Part shown: one piece after another, positions 31,884 through 37,776 of the stretch
Position numbering within the stretch: position 1 is the first letter of the stretch
How the letters are laid out: every line of letters starts with the position of its first letter
DNA from: Nemertoderma westbladi
Taxonomy: Eukaryota > Animalia > Xenacoelomorpha
NCBI GenBank assembly: GCA_032718475.1
Contig: JAUCBJ010002627.1
Coordinates: 1 to 37,776 of the forward strand
Reading direction: 5' to 3'
Length of the DNA stretch: 37,776 nucleotides
Program-made: the position numbers and the translations under genes
Notes under the pieces: model-generated
What the model was told of the DNA's origin: nothing
What the model saw: only the letters and a program-made list of their open reading frames with translations
The model's database searches: none

Positions 31884-34460
31884 GTAAATACACAAAAGGG
31901 TATACTACCAACCCCGGTAACAATGTGTCAACCTGTTAGGTCTGAAGTATTTCATGCGCAAGGTGTGGAGCCTACATGCATCTATACTGCTAGCGAAGTA
32001 GAAACTCCCATAGTAAACCCTATTAAGGGTAATTATAAACCTGTTGACAATGATATCCCATATAGACTTGATAATAATCCGAGAAATTTATATACCGATA
32101 ACTCGATATTAAATAACACGATGGCCCAAGAAAGTTTTACGCGTCAAATGGCTAGAACCGAAGCCCGTCAAGCGGTAAAGGTGGGAGAGATAGTCAAGTT
32201 CAATGGAGATGAGATGAAATGGTTACCTTTTAATGAATATTATAAAGATAACATACAGAACTCTGTACTATCTAATGGAGAGAAACTTAGATTCCTCATC
32301 GAGTGCTTGGAAGGATCTCCCAAGTTAATGGCGTTAAAGTTTATTGGACATCCAGATGGATTAAGACAAGTTTGGGATACACTAAACATCAGGTATGGTA
32401 ATAGGAATAACATAGCTAGATATTTGTATGCAAAATTAGTAGCACCCCGAAAGTTCATTAGCAGCAGGATAATAGAGTTTTCCGATGAGATTCAAGAGAT
32501 CTGTAGACAATTAGATTGGTTAGGTAAGTCTCATGAATATCAGAGTTTTATGGTTATTGGAGCCGTGGCTTCTACTTTACCGAAGGGTGGAGTAGGTACA
32601 CACTGGGATAAGAAAGTGTTATATATGATGGAACAACAACGACGAGACCCTACCATGGCTGATCTCATGTCATTCTTAGATGGAGAAGTGAAATTACAGC
32701 TCCTAAAACAGTCCAGAGAGAAGACACCGGAAAACAAGGTAAGTGAGAAACCCGTTTCTAGGAGAAGGGTAATACCAGTGTGTTATACAGACGACGGCGA
32801 AAGCCAGGCTTCTCAAGAGGAAGACAGCGGGAAAGACACTGAAAGATCTTACTATGACAACAAAGCGACTAAGGACGTAAGTAAATTCAAGTCTCGAACC
32901 AATGACAAGAGAGAACAGGTAAGAAAAACTCCCCCTACGTCTCCTAAGAGAATTCAAGTAAGAAAGCCCGAGGAAAGAACGAGTGTGCACAACGTTATCC
33001 AAAGTAAGGTAAGTAACATCAAACCAAAATGTATGCTGTGCGACGGGCCCCACCGCTTGAATATGTGTGATAAATTCCTAAAGAAATCATTAAAGGATAG
33101 ACGTGAAGTCATGTGGGATAAGCGGTTGTGTTATAATTGCCTCAGACGAGGACACCAATGGCGAACTTGTTACTCCGACGCAAGGTGTGCAAAGTGCGGC
33201 GCAAAACATCATATCTTGTTGCACACGGAATTCGAACGAAACAGCCCGAGTCAGGTAAGTGAGTCCGAACTACATGTCCAATTCAGTGATGTGAACGACA
33301 CTGACCAATGTTCTGAGATGGAAGGATTCTATACGGACGAATTCTCCAACGAAAACGAATCCTGTTACCTGATAAATACCGCAGTGTATCGAGCACTTAC
33401 GTATGAAAAGGACACCGACAGCGAGCTCCCCCCAACTACTTCTGACCGACAACCATCTTGGAAAGCACCAACTTCCAATGTAGGAATCCGAGAATTTCCC
33501 GTAGTGCAGCTAAGGGTCCACGGACCTGAAAGGAGTTATATAGTGAACGCCCTTCTTGACTCCGGTAGCACAGTAACATTCATCGACAAAGAACTAGCCG
33601 AAGACATCTTTGCTGGACAACCCAAGTTCCGAACTAAGTTAAACATGTCAGGAATTATGCCGGTTTGGAAATCTACAGTAATCGCAGATTATTATGTAGG
33701 TGCGTTGTCCACCCCCCAGGATGAACTAGGAGAACACAGCATAAGGTCAGTAAAAATGGTGGCGATAAAGAACTTCGCTACCAGCCAAGTAGAACCTTAT
33801 AACTGGGATGAGGACGATTTCACCCAGCAGTTTGATATACCTAGATTCAACACCGATTACCCTGGAGTCCAAATACTCATCGGTCAAAATGCGCATGAAG
33901 CGCTCGAGACATTGGAGAAACGGCCTGCTCAACCGCAACCACTACAAGCTTATGCGGGAAGAACTAGCGTGGGTTGGTACTTTACTGGCCCTTCCCGTAG
34001 AACTCTCATGGATAGATTACCGAAAGATCAGGTATATCAAGTAAGAGAATGGGAAGATGAGAGCAGTGAGTTAGACGATCCAACTGAGGGAAGACCATAC
34101 TCCTCAGATAATGACGACATCAACTCCAATGTAGATCAATGGAGACATTGCCCCGAGACGATTAATCTAGCCGACATCGCCTCCAGAGGAGCAACTCCTC
34201 AAGAACTGACAGATACTCCAGACTGGTTAGGTGAACCCGACTTCCTAAGTAAAGAAGATGAATGGCCTCCCCACCTTAACCCGGCTGAGATTAGACAGGC
34301 CAAGGGAGCGGAGAAAGTAACGCAACCACTCAATCGCACAGCTGGTCGTTTATGTTTACTGGAAAGAGACCGAAAACTGTCTGGAAACTATGGAAGGCAA
34401 GATACTCTTCCCACGACCACCTCCCTAATCCAACAAATATCTAGGGACTCCATAACGTAA
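31884..34460 (+). CDS. BEL-2 gag core, three zinc knuckles, protease, fused RNase H and integrase remnants
   Basis: KFNGD..W..F, CMLC..H..C, CYNC..GH..C, CAKC..HH..LH, LLDSGS, ILIGQN, TSVGW, then QWRHCP..NLADIASRG and RTAGRLCLLE. Confidence 0.9.
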   Translation, partial: VNTQKGILPTPVTMCQPVRSEVFHAQGVEPTCIYTASEVETPIVNPIKGNYKPVDNDIPYRLDNNPRNLYTDNSILNNTMAQESFTRQMARTEARQAVKVGEIVKFNGDEMKWLPFNEYYKDNIQNSVLSNGEKLRFLIECLEGSPKLMALKFIGHPDGLRQVWDTLNIRYGNRNNIARYLYAKLVAPRKFISSRIIEFSDEIQEICRQLDWLGKSHEYQSFMVIGAVASTLPKGGVGTHWDKKVLYMMEQQRRDPTMADLMSFLDGEVKLQLLKQSREKTPENKVSEKPVSRRRVIPVCYTDDGESQASQEEDSGKDTERSYYDNKATKDVSKFKSRTNDKREQVRKTPPTSPKRIQVRKPEERTSVHNVIQSKVSNIKPKCMLCDGPHRLNMCDKFLKKSLKDRREVMWDKRLCYNCLRRGHQWRTCYSDARCAKCGAKHHILLHTEFERNSPSQVSESELHVQFSDVNDTDQCSEMEGFYTDEFSNENESCYLINTAVYRALTYEKDTDSELPPTTSDRQPSWKAPTSNVGIREFPVVQLRVHGPERSYIVNALLDSGSTVTFIDKELAEDIFAGQPKFRTKLNMSGIMPVWKSTVIADYYVGALSTPQDELGEHSIRSVKMVAIKNFATSQVEPYNWDEDDFTQQFDIPRFNTDYPGVQILIGQNAHEALETLEKRPAQPQPLQAYAGRTSVGWYFTGPSRRTLMDRLPKDQVYQVREWEDESSELDDPTEGRPYSSDNDDINSNVDQWRHCPETINLADIASRGATPQELTDTPDWLGEPDFLSKEDEWPPHLNPAEIRQAKGAEKVTQPLNRTAGRLCLLERDRKLSGNYGRQDTLPTTTSLIQQISRDSIT

Positions 34461-35921
34461 CAACATACGGAGTGGGTGTGTGACTATATTATTTTATATT
34501 TATTTTTATTATTTTATATTATGTATGTATTATTATGTAATTTTATTATAATCGTTTTCTTTAATTTTATTTAGTAGAATGTTATTTTAGCGATTATTTA
34601 GTAGATTAGTGCAATATATATTCGCGTTTATTACTTAATTACTTATATATTATATATTTAGTGCGACGGCGAGAAATAATTCTTTTTCTCTTTCCTTACT
34701 GTCCGTATTACATTACAAATACGTAACTACAGTAAGATGAAATGTCCGTACTTATTAAAGTACAATAAAGCTCCTACTATATTTAAGTATTATTGGTAAG
34801 CAGAGTATTAGGAATGCAAAATTCAGATCCTCGTGTCTCGGCTAAACCAAGCTCTGGGTAGACCTTGGAAACGACTTGCCTCTTCTCACTGACATTGCTT
34901 CGTGCGATATTGCTCTCATACCGTATATTAAATAATACATATAGTAGCGTGATGTCCTTTTAACAGTAGCGTATAACGCAAAATAAATCTGTTAAACCCT
35001 TAGATCCTTTAAAATTCTAGTCGATTAAGATATCGTAGCACTTACCGATACTCTTAAAAGGTCAAAATTCCTAGAATCAAGGATCCCAGTCCCCAGACAC
35101 ATTCTGGAATAAAATTGTGTCTATTTAACATTAAATAATAAAATTTACGGGAATAAATTTAAATTCATATATTTCAATGAATTTAATAAATTGTCATTTT
35201 ATACAATTTATAACATTCCCAAAATTCCATTAATTAATAGATCATGGGAGCGGAGATTCACTCTATTAAGTGTATTTGTGTGCGAGAATCTCCAATATAT
35301 AGTCAATAGCCGATAAAATTCATAAAATCATATATAAAGATGATATTGACAATTAAAGAATTACTATTAAATAGCATCCCAGATCTGTATGCATGAGAAT
35401 TACCCTAATTCTACCGCTACCTTTCCATAATGTCACCATGGCAACAACCACGCTAGAATTAGAAGTGAGTTAAAAGAACAATAAAGCTTGCCCATTGAAT
35501 AGCATAGGGAATAAATAGCGCACTGCTAGTATCCAAGGATACATAATAAATAAAGTGACATTCTGGAAGGCACTTGACTAACGGACAAATGACCCGAATG
35601 TGTGATAGAATGTGTACCATTTGTGACAGTTACATGGAATTTGTGCGTTTGTAGGTGAATGTTACTACTAAGGTGTGTTTACAGTAGCGAGTCGCAATTG
35701 TGAAAGTAGCCCTAACTCTCCAGTAAGAACCTGAAGTATATCTAAGCCTTTGGGACGGACGGTGGAGTGACTCGTGCTGGTTGTTGTAGTCGTTGTGCAG
35801 CTACGACGTTGGCGATAGGCACATCGGCGAAAGTACACCAGCGCTGAGGATCTCGCACTGTCCGGGGGCAGAGAGGGGTAGGCAGCGACGCCCGCTCGCC
35901 TAAATATAAACTCATTATAAT

Positions 35922-36454
35922 ATGGATAAACTTATATAGCAGATATGATTGAGTTGATAGAAGATGATCTTGGTATCAGGGAGCGATATACTCTACCTTT
36001 ACAAGCGTTTGTTGATAGCTTGATACGCGGCGACGCTGGTTCAACTACTACGGAGGACGATGGTCATTATATCTAACCGCCAATGTCCCGGGAGCAACTT
36101 GCGCGTGGGTTGGACTGTAGAAAATTCACCGCTCGCTATACGCATCGTAATGGTACGTATATGGACTTCTTAACTACTGGTCATCCTATCGACCTACACG
36201 ATACGAACGATATAGACACCAAAAGGGAAATGGTTTTATTTAAATATCATACCCAGCGGAAGCGGAACGATAAACTGAGACTCGAACACGAGAATTCTAT
36301 TCGAAACCGACTCGAAAGTGCAGATGTTGAAGAGCCGGATAAACGCAGCGACTTCACCAAATACCTGGAATTCTTGAGAGAAACCTATATAGAATTATAT
36401 TCCCTAAATGCCGTGGATTTTCAAAATTTTATTTTATTCGAATTAACTTTGTAA
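35922..36454 (+). pseudogene. Orphan ~176-aa ORF of unknown function with two lesions
   Basis: ORF 36083..36454 extends in frame through a TAA (36074) to ~35942; removing one TA restores ATG at 35922 (MDKLIADMIELIEDDLGIRERY..); TATAAA at ~35905. Confidence 0.45.
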
Positions 36455-36513
36455 AGATTGCTTTGAGTTCTCATTAGTATTGGTTCTATCTATTGTGTAT
36501 CTATCGGTCAAGT

Positions 36514-36600
36514 GGTTCAGTAGCTCAGTTGGTAGAGCGTTGGAAATTATATGTGTAGTAGGTATCGAGTTCGAATCCTAGTAAGTGCGAATTATTTTTT
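36514..36600 (+). pseudogene. tRNA-like Pol III unit (SINE head or tRNA pseudogene)
   Basis: A-box TAGCTCAGTTGG, B-box GAGTTCGAATCC, T6 run at 36595-36600; anticodon and acceptor stems do not pair. Confidence 0.65.
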
Positions 36601-36740
36601 GTGCAGAATTTCAACTCATTTAAATTAACCGCTACAAATTAATTGCATTTGTCTGTACCAATAAGGCTGTAGTTATTTGATTGTAACCAATGTCGTGCAA
36701 GTTATATATTAGCTGGACCAATAAGCTATCTTTAAAACCT

Positions 36741-37324
36741 TGTTAGAACCCATAGAACAATCGAGAATTTTCTCGATTGATTGCAGCACAAATTTAGTAT
36801 ATAAAGGTGCGATTCGTTCATTAGTTATCACTCACACTATCTTCAATTTTCAATCTATACTTCTCAGATTTATTCTGTCGTGCTTAGTTTATTCTCAGAT
36901 TACATTGTATTATAATTGTGTCTTCTGTAATAAAGTCAGAATATTCTCTCAGCTTTTCTGTTTTACTATGAATTCACTACGGTGAACAAACTCAGGGACA
37001 GGATGGCCGGCTAGAGATCGGGCCGCAGCAATGAACGGGAACATCACGGGAATGTAGACGAGAGACAACCCGCAATACCATTTAAAGTTATTCGCCCATC
37101 GCCTGAAAGGTTAGACAGCGTTCGATCCTTGCTACCTAAGTGTAAGACCAAAAGATCAAAAGGTAGACGTAGTGACACGCTGCAAGCCTAAAATTACATC
37201 ATAGGGACTGTACTGTCTTGATTCAGGAAAACCCACAGTAGACCTTCACATTCCTACGGGAGGGAGAGAGAGCAGATACTAGTACGCAGATAGGACGTAG
37301 GCACACCGGTACAAGGCATACACA
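36741..37324 (+). repeat. Possible LTR of a further nested element
   Basis: TGTTAG start, TATATAAA (~36808), AATAAA (~36929), ..ACA followed by TTGGT; no partner LTR visible. Confidence 0.3.
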
Positions 37325-37776
37325 TTGGTTAGGGTGCAGCAAACTGTACGCTTAACTCTTGCTAAGTACAGGTGTGTGTGCGACTATTTGCAGTACGACA
37401 GTGTCCATTACATCAGAACTTGTAGGCTAAGGGGTTGCTGTGTTTTCACCTGAATTGGAATTGTACCGTTCAGGCGGTAGGGCAGTTTACACTAGGCGCA
37501 AATAAATTGAGGCTATCAGGGATATACTAACATCTACCGTGTCCCCGCCAACGCCCTAATAGGAAGTTACCCGGACTACCTGGGTGACTAAAATTCTAGA
37601 TAGGAGCCAGGATAGCTATTAGTACCCGTACGCCTACAGTAGTAAACTAACACATCTCTTCTTAGTATCAGGGACCTGGTACCTAAAATTGCCGAATTCT
37701 GGGCGTAGTATTAACCTTATGCCTGAATTTGAGTCCTGGAAATACGCAAGAGGGGAAGGAACCTTACCATTCGTGA

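Larger units (their letters stand above)
26215..37776 (+). mobile_element. BEL-2: internally deleted Bel/Pao element inserted in BEL-1; matching 3' LTR not in window
   Basis: LTR, long leader, Bel/Pao gag-PR ORF; extent beyond ~34500 uncertain. Confidence 0.7.

Overview
Eukaryotic (animal, probably invertebrate) transposon-dense DNA. 1-8118: the 3' end of a CR1/L2/Crack-type LINE with a long repeat-rich 3' UTR, two decayed LINE RT fragments, two MITEs, an inverted repeat carrying tRNA-like heads, and a candidate terminal exon of a neuropeptide-like precursor (3897-4100) that the ORF track missed. 8119-37776: a nested stack of LTR retrotransposons. A decayed Bel/Pao element (BEL-1, minus strand) is interrupted by a Mag-like Ty3/Gypsy element (Gypsy-A), which is itself interrupted by a young 2861-bp non-autonomous Gypsy element (Gypsy-B). 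BEL-1 is also interrupted by a second, internally deleted Bel/Pao element (BEL-2, plus strand) that appears to run past the window end. Gypsy-B is the most unusual element: identical LTRs, TATA...TATA termini instead of TG...CA, a 5-bp TSD, a -1 frameshift signal, and a primer-binding site complementary to the 5' end (not the 3' CCA end) of a tRNA-Lys. All calls come from manual reading; no database searches were run.
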